From Candidatus Latescibacterota bacterium (GTDB taxonomy: Bacteria > Latescibacterota > UBA2968 > UBA8231), in NCBI GenBank assembly GCA_965248265.1, contig CBDFJF010000002.1, positions 2,240,001-2,304,000 on the forward strand: a stretch of 64,000 nucleotides of DNA, read 5' to 3'. Below the pieces are notes generated by a model, which saw only the letters and a list, made by a program, of their open reading frames with translations, did no database searches and had not been told where the DNA came from. The stretch's first letter is position 1. The number at the start of each line of letters is the position of its first letter. Both the position numbers and the translations under genes were made by a program. Positions 19,209 to 28,524 of the stretch are shown here, piece by piece.

Positions 19209-20378
19209 ATGATACCGAGACAATCAGCCGGACTGGCCCGGATCCTGGCCAGAGAATTCAAAGTCGTTGCCATTATCGGGCCGAGGCAATCCGGAAAGAC
19301 CACGTTGGCTCAGGCCGTTTTCGGGGATCGGCCTTATGTCAGCCTGGAAGAGCCCGACCAGCGACGTTTCGCCGAAGAGGATCCACGGCGATTTCTGGCA
19401 CTCTACCCGGATGGCGCCATCATCGATGAGGCGCAGCGTTGCCCCGACCTGTTCTCGTATCTTCAGGGCGTCGTCGACAGCCGTGACGGCACCGGACAGT
19501 TCATCCTTACTGGCTCCCAGCATTTCGGACTGCTGGAGCGGATAACCCAGTCGTTGGCGGGACGTGTCGGATTCTTGCGTTTGCTGCCCTTTTCGCTGGG
19601 CGAATTGTCAGGCGGCGGATGGCTGCCTGACAAACTTGACGAGCTTCTTTTCAAGGGGGCTTATCCGCCCGTCTACGATTTGCTCGCTGCGCCCGAGCGT
19701 TGGTACAACGCCTACATCACTTCGTATGTAGAGCGAGATGTGCGCCAATTGCTCAATGTGCGGGACCTGGGCGCGTTCCAGCGGTTCGTCTCTCTCTGTG
19801 CCGGGTACTGCGGGCAGCTGGTTAACGCGTCCCGAATCGGCGCTGACGTTGGGATGACACACAACACGATACGCTCCTGGTTGGATCTGCTGGAGACCAG
19901 CTTCATTCTCTTTCGGCTACATCCGCATCATCGCAATTTCCGCAAGCGCCTGGTGAAGAATCCCAAGCTCTATTTCTATGACACCGGGTTGGCCGCACGT
20001 CTGCTGGGTATCGAATCGCCTGAACAACTGTCTACGCACCCAATGCGGGGCGCTCTTTTCGAAAACTGGGTGGTCGTGGAATTACTGAAGAGCCGGTGCA
20101 ATCGGGGCAAGGCGGACAATCTTTTCTTCTGGCGCAATCACGTAGGGTTGGAGATCGACGTGGTCGCCGAGCACGGACAGCGACTTCTTCCCATCGAGAT
20201 CAAGGCAGGCAGCACGGTAGCCGCCGACTGGTTCCCGGTACTGGCTAAATGGACTGAAATGGCCGGCGATGTCGCCGCACCGCCCTGGTTGGTTTACGGC
20301 GGAGCGCAGCGACAGCAGCGCGCTGATGTAGAGGTCTTGCCCTGGCAACAGATCGAAACTCTTGCCGATATGGTCTGA
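19209..20378 (+). CDS. AAA_14 ATPase with DUF4143 C-terminal domain
   Basis: GPRQSGKTT, IIDEAQ, ILTGSQ, SLAGR, KLYFYDTG, FENWV, EIDVV..IEIK. Confidence 0.93.
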   Translation: MIPRQSAGLARILAREFKVVAIIGPRQSGKTTLAQAVFGDRPYVSLEEPDQRRFAEEDPRRFLALYPDGAIIDEAQRCPDLFSYLQGVVDSRDGTGQFILTGSQHFGLLERITQSLAGRVGFLRLLPFSLGELSGGGWLPDKLDELLFKGAYPPVYDLLAAPERWYNAYITSYVERDVRQLLNVRDLGAFQRFVSLCAGYCGQLVNASRIGADVGMTHNTIRSWLDLLETSFILFRLHPHHRNFRKRLVKNPKLYFYDTGLAARLLGIESPEQLSTHPMRGALFENWVVVELLKSRCNRGKADNLFFWRNHVGLEIDVVAEHGQRLLPIEIKAGSTVAADWFPVLAKWTEMAGDVAAPPWLVYGGAQRQQRADVEVLPWQQIETLADMV

Positions 20379-20449
20379 CTCAATCACCGGATCTTGCATC
20401 GGCACGCGAGTCTGGAGAGAGAATCGAAACGATGGCGGCAGAGAACACG

Positions 20450-20486
20450 CGGCGTTTAAGGGGCGTTGAGGGCCGTGCTTGTGCGT
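20450..20486. repeat. Dispersed ~37-46 bp repeat; inverted copy at 46895-46940
   Basis: CGGCGTTT.AG...GGGCGTTGAG.GCCGTGCTT.TGCGT in both places. Confidence 0.6.
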
Positions 20487-20675
20487 CACGGGGACATCAG
20501 GGCTTGGCTCAGCGCTCAACTATAATGATTTGACAGCCCTGATCTGGGGCGCTAGTTGTGACTGTCCGTCCACGTCTTCGCGCAGTGGTCATTCGCGACT
20601 CGCGTCCGGCTGGGGGGGCGCGGACGCGTTGAAGCTGACGCCAGGTTCGACGGTCACGGCGAGGAGGCAGCTACG

Positions 20676-22097
20676 ATGCAACCGATCGACATCCAATCCC
20701 GTCTTGAGCTCTTCGTCGACGACGAGCTGATCGAAACGGTGTCGGAGCCGGCATCCCGGCGGCTGCACTCCCCCCAGCCCAGGGAGGTCGCCTTCGTCTT
20801 CGATCAGCCGTGGGAGGGCAACAGCTGCGGGTACGTCACGGTGCTTCACGACGCGAACTTTTACCGTATGTACTACCGCGCGTCACATGCGACCTATCAG
20901 ACGGACGGTTACGTCGACCGGATCGAGTTTGCCTGTACCGCGGAGAGTACGAATGGAATCCACTGGCGGCGGCCCCAGCTCGATCTCCACGAAGCGCTCG
21001 GGCATCGAGGCAGCAACGTCCTCCTGACCCCCAACACCGGTGGCGCGGCCGTGCACAATCTGAGCCCGTTCCTCGACCCCAGGAAGGACACCCCGGATTC
21101 AGAGCGCTACAAGGCTTTGGGGGGAGACAAGGAGAATCTGTGCGCGTTCGCGTCGGGTGATGGCATCCACTGGGATCGAATCGGCGATGGGCCGGTGATC
21201 ACGACGGGTTACTTCGATTCCCAGAACGTGGCCTTCTGGGACGGCGAGCGCGAGGAGTACCGGGCTTACACCCGCGATTTCAACGACGGCCGTGATATCC
21301 GCACCTGCACGTCGAAGGACTTCCGCAAATGGACGGAACCCAAGCTCCTCGAGTACACTCCCGGTCGCGTCAGCGAGCTCTATACCAATCAGATACAACC
21401 CTATCACCGCGCGCCCCACATCCTGCTGGGTTTTCCCACCCGCTACGTCGAGCGGCAGTGGCAGGCGGCCACGGATTACCTCCCCCACCCGGAATACCGG
21501 CGCTTGCGAGGGAGGAAGTCTCAACGCGAGGGCACGGCCGTCACGGACTGCATGTTCATGACGAGCCGCGACCGCCATCGCTTCCATATCTGGGAAGAGT
21601 CTTTCCTGCGCCCTGGGTTATGGCGGCGCGATGGCTGGTTCTACGGGGATGGATACAAGAGCCTCGGACTCATCGAGACGCCTTCACAGCACGACCCGGG
21701 AATCCCCGAACTATCTTTCTTTGTCAGCGAGGGGAGCTTCCAGCCGACGCACGCGCGTCTGCGGCGCTACTCCATCCGCCTCGACGGTTTCGTCTCGGTG
21801 TGGGCGCCGCTGAGGGGTGGTGAAGTGCTCACCCGCCCCCTGCTCTTCAGCGGAAACAAGCTGTTGATCAACTACTCGACCGGCGCTGCGGGTTCGGTCC
21901 GGGTGGAGGTGCAGGATCGGGACGGAGTGCCGATACCCGGCTATACCATTGAGGACGCGGAGGAGATGTTCGGCGACTCACTGGAGCAACCGGTGTTGTG
22001 GCGCCACGGTTTCGACGTGGGATCGCTGCAGGGAAAACCGGTGAAACTGCGATTCATGCTGGCCGACGCCGATCTATACAGCCTGCGCTTCTGTTAG
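20676..22097 (+). CDS. Uncharacterised five-bladed beta-propeller glycoside hydrolase-like protein
   Basis: ELFVDD, ESTNGIHW.RP, SGDGIHW, FDSQN, MTSRD, RLDGFVS, C-terminal beta-sandwich ending DADLYSLRF. Confidence 0.75.
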   Translation: MQPIDIQSRLELFVDDELIETVSEPASRRLHSPQPREVAFVFDQPWEGNSCGYVTVLHDANFYRMYYRASHATYQTDGYVDRIEFACTAESTNGIHWRRPQLDLHEALGHRGSNVLLTPNTGGAAVHNLSPFLDPRKDTPDSERYKALGGDKENLCAFASGDGIHWDRIGDGPVITTGYFDSQNVAFWDGEREEYRAYTRDFNDGRDIRTCTSKDFRKWTEPKLLEYTPGRVSELYTNQIQPYHRAPHILLGFPTRYVERQWQAATDYLPHPEYRRLRGRKSQREGTAVTDCMFMTSRDRHRFHIWEESFLRPGLWRRDGWFYGDGYKSLGLIETPSQHDPGIPELSFFVSEGSFQPTHARLRRYSIRLDGFVSVWAPLRGGEVLTRPLLFSGNKLLINYSTGAAGSVRVEVQDRDGVPIPGYTIEDAEEMFGDSLEQPVLWRHGFDVGSLQGKPVKLRFMLADADLYSLRFC

Positions 22098-22234
22098 GAG
22101 TTGTCGGTCCTGCCCTATCTTCATCTTTGCCGATAGATTCGTGGAGGGCGGGTTCGAGGGAGTCGTGACAATCGAGAGAAATGGCCCTTGATTCCTTGCC
22201 CGCGGCCACCCTGCCTAGGGGTAACTCTTGTTGC

Positions 22235-23116
22235 TCAGGCGTCGAACGCCCGCCAGTCGATGTGTGGATCGGAGGCGCTGAAGGGCCAGCTGGATCCTCC
22301 CATGTGTCGATACCGGTCCGATTTGCCGCAAAGCCACATGAACAGCTCTGAGATTCTGAGGACGGACTGCCATCCCTGCGACGGTCCGGAGAAGTATTCA
22401 TTGCTGTAGGCAAAGTCGGCGGTGGCGAAGTTGAAGTCGTCTTCACGAATCCAGTCGCGTTGCGGGGGCGTCGTGCGCCAGGCTTCCCATTTCAGCAGAT
22501 TGCGCACATCCGCCGACTTCTTGGGGGGTTGCCGGTGCCAGATCGAGTAGGCCGTCAGGAAGACGCTGCCGGCCGGAGCACTCGTCATCACCTGGCCGGC
22601 CAGATTGCCAAAGTGGTCGAGCTGCTCGCGGGCCACCGGCACGAGATGGGAGCCTGGCAAGAACAGCGTCGGGCCTCGTTCGGGGGTGGCTTCCTGAGGG
22701 TAATAGAAGATCTGCAACAGCTTCAGGTGGCGCTCGAACTTCGATCCGGAATCGATGTGCCAGGACTTGGCATCCCTGGGCCCGTCGAGACGGTGGTCGG
22801 CAATCCAGTCCGGCAGTTGGTACTGCTTGCCGAGCAGGGATCGGACGGCGCCTGAGACCCGCGGATGCAGCAGGACTTCCTCGATGAAGCGCTCCTCGCC
22901 TAGCAAGGCGTTCGTGTCCGTCAACTGCGGATCGTGGGCGCATTTGTCCTCGACGTATTCGAAGACCCACTGATTCGTCGAATCGGGAATCACACCCTCC
23001 AGCGCGAGGATGCCTGTCCTGCAGAACTCGAGAACCTCGCTATCTGTCAGTGTGGCCGGCGTCGCATCACCGGCGCGACGTATCTGCGACGTTTCAGGCC
23101 TCAGCAACTGGGTCAT
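22235..23116 (-). CDS. PhyH family dioxygenase
   Basis: WHIDSG, GPTLFLPGSH, SIWHR, RNLLK. Confidence 0.82.
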   Translation of the reverse strand: MTQLLRPETSQIRRAGDATPATLTDSEVLEFCRTGILALEGVIPDSTNQWVFEYVEDKCAHDPQLTDTNALLGEERFIEEVLLHPRVSGAVRSLLGKQYQLPDWIADHRLDGPRDAKSWHIDSGSKFERHLKLLQIFYYPQEATPERGPTLFLPGSHLVPVAREQLDHFGNLAGQVMTSAPAGSVFLTAYSIWHRQPPKKSADVRNLLKWEAWRTTPPQRDWIREDDFNFATADFAYSNEYFSGPSQGWQSVLRISELFMWLCGKSDRYRHMGGSSWPFSASDPHIDWRAFDA

Positions 23117-23469
23117 GAGACGTTGTACCTCTCCAGGATGAACTCACAAATGACATGGCCGTCTGCAGAATGGGCCGAAGGCAGTTCGGCCGGGAAACGG
23201 ATGACGCGCCAGCCATCAGCGATCGCTGCAACGACGGTCTTGTAGGGCCAGTCTTCGAAGGCCGCCGGACCTTCATCGATCGCGCCGTCGACGAGCATGG
23301 TCATGCCGATGACATCTGACGTTACCGAAGAGCTGCGCGTCTGCAGGTACAGGAGGCTCTGTGTCGAGGTTCGCAGGGCGTCCACGACATCGCGCAATTG
23401 TGATTCGGTGAGCGTCCCATCGAGAAGCTCGGCGATGCACTTTTCTATCAGTCCGATGACGCGCGACAT
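23113..23469 (-). CDS. Hypothetical protein translationally coupled to the PhyH gene
   Basis: LLYLQ...WPYKTVVAAIADGWRVIRFP...EFILER; ATGA overlap at 23113-23116. Confidence 0.7.
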   Translation of the reverse strand: MSRVIGLIEKCIAELLDGTLTESQLRDVVDALRTSTQSLLYLQTRSSSVTSDVIGMTMLVDGAIDEGPAAFEDWPYKTVVAAIADGWRVIRFPAELPSAHSADGHVICEFILERYNVS

Positions 23470-23812
23470 AGGCGGGATTCTGTGAGTCGAGGATTGCGGC
23501 GAGTTGCTGGGACAGATTAGCAGGAATTCACACTGAGTGTCAAGAAGTCCGCGTGCCATCGGGCCCGAAGGCGACGTCTATTGGATGCTAGTGGACAGGG
23601 CTTGTGGCCACCGCCGAACGGCGTGGTGCGGTCCGGCAGACCTTTTCTTTCTCAACAACACCAAATAACCGATGCTGACTCCCGATTGAATAGTGGTTGG
23701 GCGGTAGAAACGACATCGACGTTGTCGGCATTTTCCGTCTCACAGGAACACGACAAAGAAGGGATCGACAGATGAGCTCAGAGATCAGGGACGAGAGGTA
23801 CCGGCAGGTACG

Positions 23813-23889
23813 GAACGATAAGGGCCTAAAGAGATAGGTAGTCAAGATCTACTCGGAGCCTGGTGTCGAATGAAAATCTGAACTTTTTG
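23813..23889. repeat. Element A, copy 1
   Basis: GAACGATAAGGG...TAGGTAGTCAAGATCTACTCGG...GTCGAATGAAAATCTGAACTTTTTG; further copies at 25803 and 30131. Confidence 0.9.
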
Positions 23890-24072
23890 ATGGACGGGAT
23901 GGTTACCTTGGGCTTACGGGGGCTTGTTCAGGCGTGAATTCAGGCCCCGACTTGGTTTCGATGGCACTGTTACAGACCCGCAAGGTCGGTTCAGGCGCAT
24001 CGATGGTGACCATCCGTCTGCCGCGCAAGGCCCAGATGCCCGAGGAGGGGAAGGCGGCGGGCAGCTGAGGGA

Positions 24073-25497
24073 TCACTGAAGCAGCAGCAGCTTCCGCGTC
24101 GCCTCCCATCCGTCCACCCGCAGCCGGTACAGATACAGCCCCGATCCCAGCGCCCGTCCACCGGCATCACGGCCGTCCCAACGGACGGCGTGACGCCCCG
24201 CCGGCAACTCACCCCTCACCAGCGTCGCCACCTGCTGCCCCGCTGCGTTGTAGACGGACAGCTCAGCCGACGCCCGCTTGCCGATAGTGAAACGGATCGC
24301 CGTGCCGCTGTTGAACGGATTGGGAAAGCTCTGCTGCAGCTCGTTGTCCCGCGGTAACGTCGGTGCCGGCCCCTCCGCTACGGCTGTGACGTACTGCCTC
24401 GGGTCGTGCGCGGTCAGCATGGCGTCGCGGTAGGCATCGGGCAGGATTACCGTGTCAGACCGCACGTCCCAGAGACTGGTATGGTGCGAGTAGATCCAGA
24501 CGTACTCGTCCGCGTGCTCGAGAGCGGCACCTAGTGCCGTCGTCAGCTCCTCGGGCGAGTAGTAGTTGGCGGAGAAATCATCTGTCGAAAACCCGTGCGA
24601 GCCGATGAAGATGGGGAAGCCGATCTGGGCGTGACGGTCCCATTTGTCCGGCACCCGGCTGTACTGGCGCATATCCCTGAACCGACCCGCTGCTCTCTCG
24701 AACTGCCACAGTCTCTTGTATTCGTACGAGCGCCCCGAGCCGTCGATGATGGCGGCGTCGCCGGTACATTCCGACAGCAGGCCGTCGAAGAAGGCGCGGA
24801 TCATCTCGTAGTGTCGGTCTGCCTGTCGCCCCCCGGTGAGAAGCAACGGCTGCGTCGGTCCGTGCACGGAGAGGATGTGGATGTCCGGATAGACCGTGTT
24901 GACGGCGCGCATGATCTGCGCTCCACGCTCGAAGACGATGTCGTAGTACTCCTCCGCCGTCGTCGTGTCCTTGTACTTGAGATCCTCGTAGCTCCACAGA
25001 TCGCGCCCATAGTAGATCTCGTCGTCGAAGAGGAAACCGCGCATGCCCGCCGCCTTGCAGTACTCGGCCGCGACCTTCCAGTTGTTGATGACGGCGTCGA
25101 ACCCGGGATCTAGCCAGTCCGGCACCTCGAGGCCGTGGACCCCGGATGCCAGATAGACGAGGAGGAAATTGTGTCTGTAGAGATTCGTGCGGGCCCGGCG
25201 CATGTGATCGATGCCGGTGTCGAAGTCCTCGAGGCGGTGGAAGTCTACGCGGAACAGGCGGCCCAGGGCCTCGGTGGCCACGCCGCCCTTGTCGGTGGCC
25301 GGGTAGATGGTCACGCCATCGACGACGGGCATCCGGCGCTCCAGCTCCTGAACATCGTCGTGGAAGCGGCGGGCATTGGGGGTGCCGCTGAACGAGATGA
25401 CCTTCTTCGTTACCTCTGACTGAGCCAGGACGGATGTGACGAAAGGCAGAGTCACAGCGGCACAGATGAGGACGAGAACTCCGCGAATCCTTGCCAT
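24073..25497 (-). CDS. Secreted protein with C-terminal FlgD-Ig/T9SS-type domain and possible TIM-barrel hydrolase N-terminus
   Basis: Signal peptide; GFLFDDEIY; FPNPFNS...YNAAGQQV...WDGRDAGG..LGSGLYLYRL. Confidence 0.85.
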   Translation of the reverse strand: MARIRGVLVLICAAVTLPFVTSVLAQSEVTKKVISFSGTPNARRFHDDVQELERRMPVVDGVTIYPATDKGGVATEALGRLFRVDFHRLEDFDTGIDHMRRARTNLYRHNFLLVYLASGVHGLEVPDWLDPGFDAVINNWKVAAEYCKAAGMRGFLFDDEIYYGRDLWSYEDLKYKDTTTAEEYYDIVFERGAQIMRAVNTVYPDIHILSVHGPTQPLLLTGGRQADRHYEMIRAFFDGLLSECTGDAAIIDGSGRSYEYKRLWQFERAAGRFRDMRQYSRVPDKWDRHAQIGFPIFIGSHGFSTDDFSANYYSPEELTTALGAALEHADEYVWIYSHHTSLWDVRSDTVILPDAYRDAMLTAHDPRQYVTAVAEGPAPTLPRDNELQQSFPNPFNSGTAIRFTIGKRASAELSVYNAAGQQVATLVRGELPAGRHAVRWDGRDAGGRALGSGLYLYRLRVDGWEATRKLLLLQ

Positions 25498-25780
25498 CGC
25501 ACGCTCCTACAGTATGGACGCTGAAAACGGCCGCGGCCCCCACTTCCTGCTCTATCGCCAGAGCCAGGTCATCGGAGACCGGCTGGTCCACCTTCATGAT
25601 GACGAGTGACTGCCAGGTCTGTACGTCGAGGGTGTTGCGCATCTCCTCGATGTTGACGCCGGCCTCACCCAGTTTGACGCCCAGGGCGCCGATGACGCCG
25701 GGGCGATCCTCGTACATGCACAGCAGCACATTGCCCGAGGGCTCGAAGTAGAGCCGGTCGAACTGGTTGATCCGCGACAC
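25498..25780 (-). pseudogene. C-terminal ACT domain shard of D-3-phosphoglycerate dehydrogenase (SerA-like)
   Basis: YEDRPGVIGALGVKLGEAGVNIEEMR...KVDQPV; cut upstream next to element A. Confidence 0.7.
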
Positions 25781-25802
25781 GCACGATCGTGCCCAAGGAT
25801 AT

Positions 25803-25933
25803 GAACGATAAGGGGCCCGTTAATAGGTAGTCAAGATCTACTCGGGGCCTGGGTCGAATGAAAATCTGAACTTTTTGCTGCACCGGCGAGAGAGACGGGG
25901 ACCTAACGGGCCGTTTCGACGCAACGCGATGGA
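25803..25933. repeat. Element A copy 2 (25803-25877) followed by element B (25892-25933)
   Basis: B = GAGACGGGGACCTAACGGGCCGTTT..ACGCAACG..ATGGA, also at 31120-31160; CCTAACGGGCC is inverted relative to A's GGCCCGTTA..AGG. Confidence 0.88.
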
Positions 25934-25984
25934 ATCAACATCCAGGTTGGCGGCGACGCCATCAGGTTCAGTTCGAGAAGATCT

Positions 25985-26254
25985 CTGTTCGAGTCCGTCG
26001 ACGCCGTACAGAATGTCCACAAATTAGTCCGCCCTGGAGTGGACTGCGTCTCTTTCGGGCCAACCGATCTAGCCCTCAGTCTAGACTCACATCCGAATCA
26101 TGGTTTGAAATCGGTCGAAGACTGCGTGGCGTACGCCGTCAAGTCACTCGAAGGCACCGGCGTCGGGGTCTGTTTCCGCACCTATTCACCCGATGTCAGG
26201 CAGCAGTACTGGGACCTCGGAGTCCAGGTAGTGCTCGAGCAGCCGAAGGTCTGA
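25985..26254 (+). pseudogene. HpcH/HpaI aldolase C-terminal fragment
   Basis: Near-identical peptide to the C-terminus of 45979-46707 (DCVSFGPTDLALSLDSHPNHGLKS...LEQPKV). Confidence 0.85.
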
Positions 26255-26535
26255 TCGGGGAAGTGGCTGTGGGAAGTCAAGGACGCTGACCGATCACCGA
26301 TCCCAGATCATTTCATATCCGCTAGAGCACAGATGGTCATGGCGCAGTCGGAGCTATAGGACAGACGCATTGGCGATGGCGCGTTGCGATGGTCACCCGG
26401 TCGGGGGCTCCATAGACCATCCCCTTCCTGATATCCGAGCAGGACGTCTCCGAGGGCACGGGCGCGCTCGACAAGTCGAGGATCACCGGTCTCGGCGTGC
26501 AGGTTCAGCATGGACCAGCCGAATTTCGTAGCGCG
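26099..26535. repeat. ~400-435 bp direct repeat, partner at 28348-28752
   Basis: Aldolase tail plus 3' end of the 321-aa gene; near-identical apart from a ~35 bp indel bounded by CTGA. Confidence 0.92.
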
Positions 26536-26621
26536 ATGGCATACACCCGGTTTCCAGCGGCAAGTCAAAGCCGAATTCGCCGTCGTCGTCGATGAGATGC
26601 CCATTCACGTACCGCGCAACG
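26308..26621 (-). pseudogene. Internally deleted duplicate of gene 28525-29490
   Basis: 26308-26535 matches 28525-28752; 26536-26621 matches ~29243-29330. Confidence 0.88.
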
Positions 26622-26789
26622 CAGGAAGGTTGGAACTTCGAGGACATGAAAGGCCCCTTCAGCGGCGACAGCACAGCCGCCGCCCTGCGCTGGGACGGCA
26701 AGGGTTTCGATCAGCTGAAGGGGCAGGCGGTGCGGCTGCACTTCTGGCTGCAGGATGCCGAGCTCTACTCGTGGGGCTTCCAGCGCTGA
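26622..26789 (+). pseudogene. C-terminal shard of the beta-propeller hydrolase family
   Basis: GDSTAAALRW...LKGQAVRLHFWLQDAELYSWGF* matches the C-termini of 20676 and 49370. Confidence 0.75.
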
Positions 26790-26799
26790 GATCGTACCC

Positions 26800-28062
26800 T
26801 CAGCCGGTTTCCCATATCGGCCCATCCTGCTCCTGCAGCTGCCTCCAGATGCGGTCGAAGTCCTCGCTGCCGTCATCCTCGCGCTCGTCGAGCCGTATGC
26901 CAGGGGCGTAGGCGTCGTCGACGCCCAGTTTCATCAGATTCTCCGCCTGCTGGAGATTGCGGTAGTAGTGCTTCACTCCGCCGGGCAGCGAGACCACCGA
27001 AAACCAGCGCTTCCAGTCCGGCTCGGGCTCGTCGCTGTAGCGCTTAACGGCGTCTTCGTCGAGCTCGACCCCAAGGCCCGGACCTTCAGGCACCTTCATG
27101 AAACCGCGCTGGACCGGGTGTTCCTCCGTGATCAGGTCGTCGACGTAGGCGTGACTGCACGTCACGCCGGGCAGCATCGCCGTGTGCATGACCGCGCCCA
27201 GCTGACACGCGAAGGCGGCCGTGATCCCGTTCCCGGCGTACTGCAGCAGGATCGGTGTGTTCGCGGAAGCGAAGGTCCACGAAGCGGCGATGGCATTGCG
27301 GATATTCTCATGACTGCACAGGGCCCCGTCGTAGTCGCCGGCACGCAGCCCCAGCCAGGGGCCCGAGGGCTGTCGCGTCGGCCCGTCGAGGACGGTGCCC
27401 ACCCCGTGCAGGTAGAAGGGGATGCGGCTCTGCCGGTGCAGCCGTCGCCAGCCTTCGACGTCGTGAGCGAAGATGGGCTCTTCCAGGCCTTTGACGACGG
27501 GGATCTTCTCGAGCTCGCGCACGATCGGCAGTGCCTTTTCGACGTTGATCAGAGAGCCGTTGAAGTCGAATTCGACGCGGAAGTCGGGCGGGGCCGCCTC
27601 CTGCATCGCCTGCGCCTGCTCGATGATGTCATAGAAAGCGCGCGCCTTGCACTTGAGGCCTCTGTAGCCGCGCGCGGCCGCCTCCGCCACCTCGGCGGCA
27701 GAGTCCTCCGGTGACATGCACGGCATCCACCATCCCATGCTCACCCACTGGCGCCGCTGCTGGCCCCACAGTTTCCATGCGGGTATGCCGAGGTGCTTGC
27801 CCATAAGGTCGTAACAAGCCATGTCGAGGTTGAACAGGCCCGTGTCCATGGCGTGGTCGAAGGGATCAGTGCCCAGATACGGATCGAGAACATCCTGCGC
27901 GAACGGCCCACCCGGGTTTTCACCGAGGCCGACGAGTCCGTTATCGGTGTGGAACTTGCAGACTGTCACCTCCTCCCGCATGGCGAAGTGGTGGTATTGC
28001 GTGCGGATGCGGTCTTCGTAGGGCACGCGCAGCGGGATCACTTCTATATCGGTGATCTTCAT
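26800..28062 (-). CDS. Mandelate racemase/muconate lactonizing enzyme (enolase superfamily)
   Basis: MKITDIEVIP, DMACYDLMGK, KCK, DFN, LEEPI, PEGPGLGVELD. Confidence 0.9.
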   Translation of the reverse strand: MKITDIEVIPLRVPYEDRIRTQYHHFAMREEVTVCKFHTDNGLVGLGENPGGPFAQDVLDPYLGTDPFDHAMDTGLFNLDMACYDLMGKHLGIPAWKLWGQQRRQWVSMGWWMPCMSPEDSAAEVAEAAARGYRGLKCKARAFYDIIEQAQAMQEAAPPDFRVEFDFNGSLINVEKALPIVRELEKIPVVKGLEEPIFAHDVEGWRRLHRQSRIPFYLHGVGTVLDGPTRQPSGPWLGLRAGDYDGALCSHENIRNAIAASWTFASANTPILLQYAGNGITAAFACQLGAVMHTAMLPGVTCSHAYVDDLITEEHPVQRGFMKVPEGPGLGVELDEDAVKRYSDEPEPDWKRWFSVVSLPGGVKHYYRNLQQAENLMKLGVDDAYAPGIRLDEREDDGSEDFDRIWRQLQEQDGPIWETG

Positions 28063-28151
28063 GTGAGAGCTCCCTTGGACCTTTGGCTTGCAATACGAGC
28101 GAATATGCTGCAATTCTGTTCCCAGACCAGCAACCATTCGGGGGGACTATC

Positions 28152-28349
28152 GTGGACAGCAGACTGGACCTGCAGGATCGCGTCGCCATCGTCACCGGCG
28201 CAGCGCGAGGGATTGGCCGCAAGATCGCCGAGGATTTCATCTCTCACGGAGCGACGTCGTCGTCGGTGATATCCTCGACGAGGTGGGAAAGCAAACGGCT
28301 GACGAGCTCGGAGCGGCGGCGTCCTTCGTGCACTGCGACATCAGCGACA
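28152..28349 (+). pseudogene. SDR N-terminal fragment, frameshifted
   Basis: LQDRVAIVTGAARGIG / VVVGDILDEVG...VHCDISD; joined to the aldolase shard at CATG. Confidence 0.8.
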
Positions 28350-28524
28350 TGGTTTGAAATCGGTCGAAGACTGCGTGGCGTACGCCGTCAAGTCACTCGA
28401 AGGCACCGGCGTCGGGGTCTGTTTCCGCTCCTATTCACCCGATGTCAGGCAGCAGTACTGGGACCTCGGAGTCCAGGTAGTGCTCGAGCAGCCGAAGGTC
28501 TGACGATCGATCACTGATCCCAGA

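Noticed and set aside
24578-25780. 400-aa ORF as a real ACT fusion protein
   Set aside because: Only the first ~90 aa are SerA-like; the rest is off-frame read-through of gene 24073-25497
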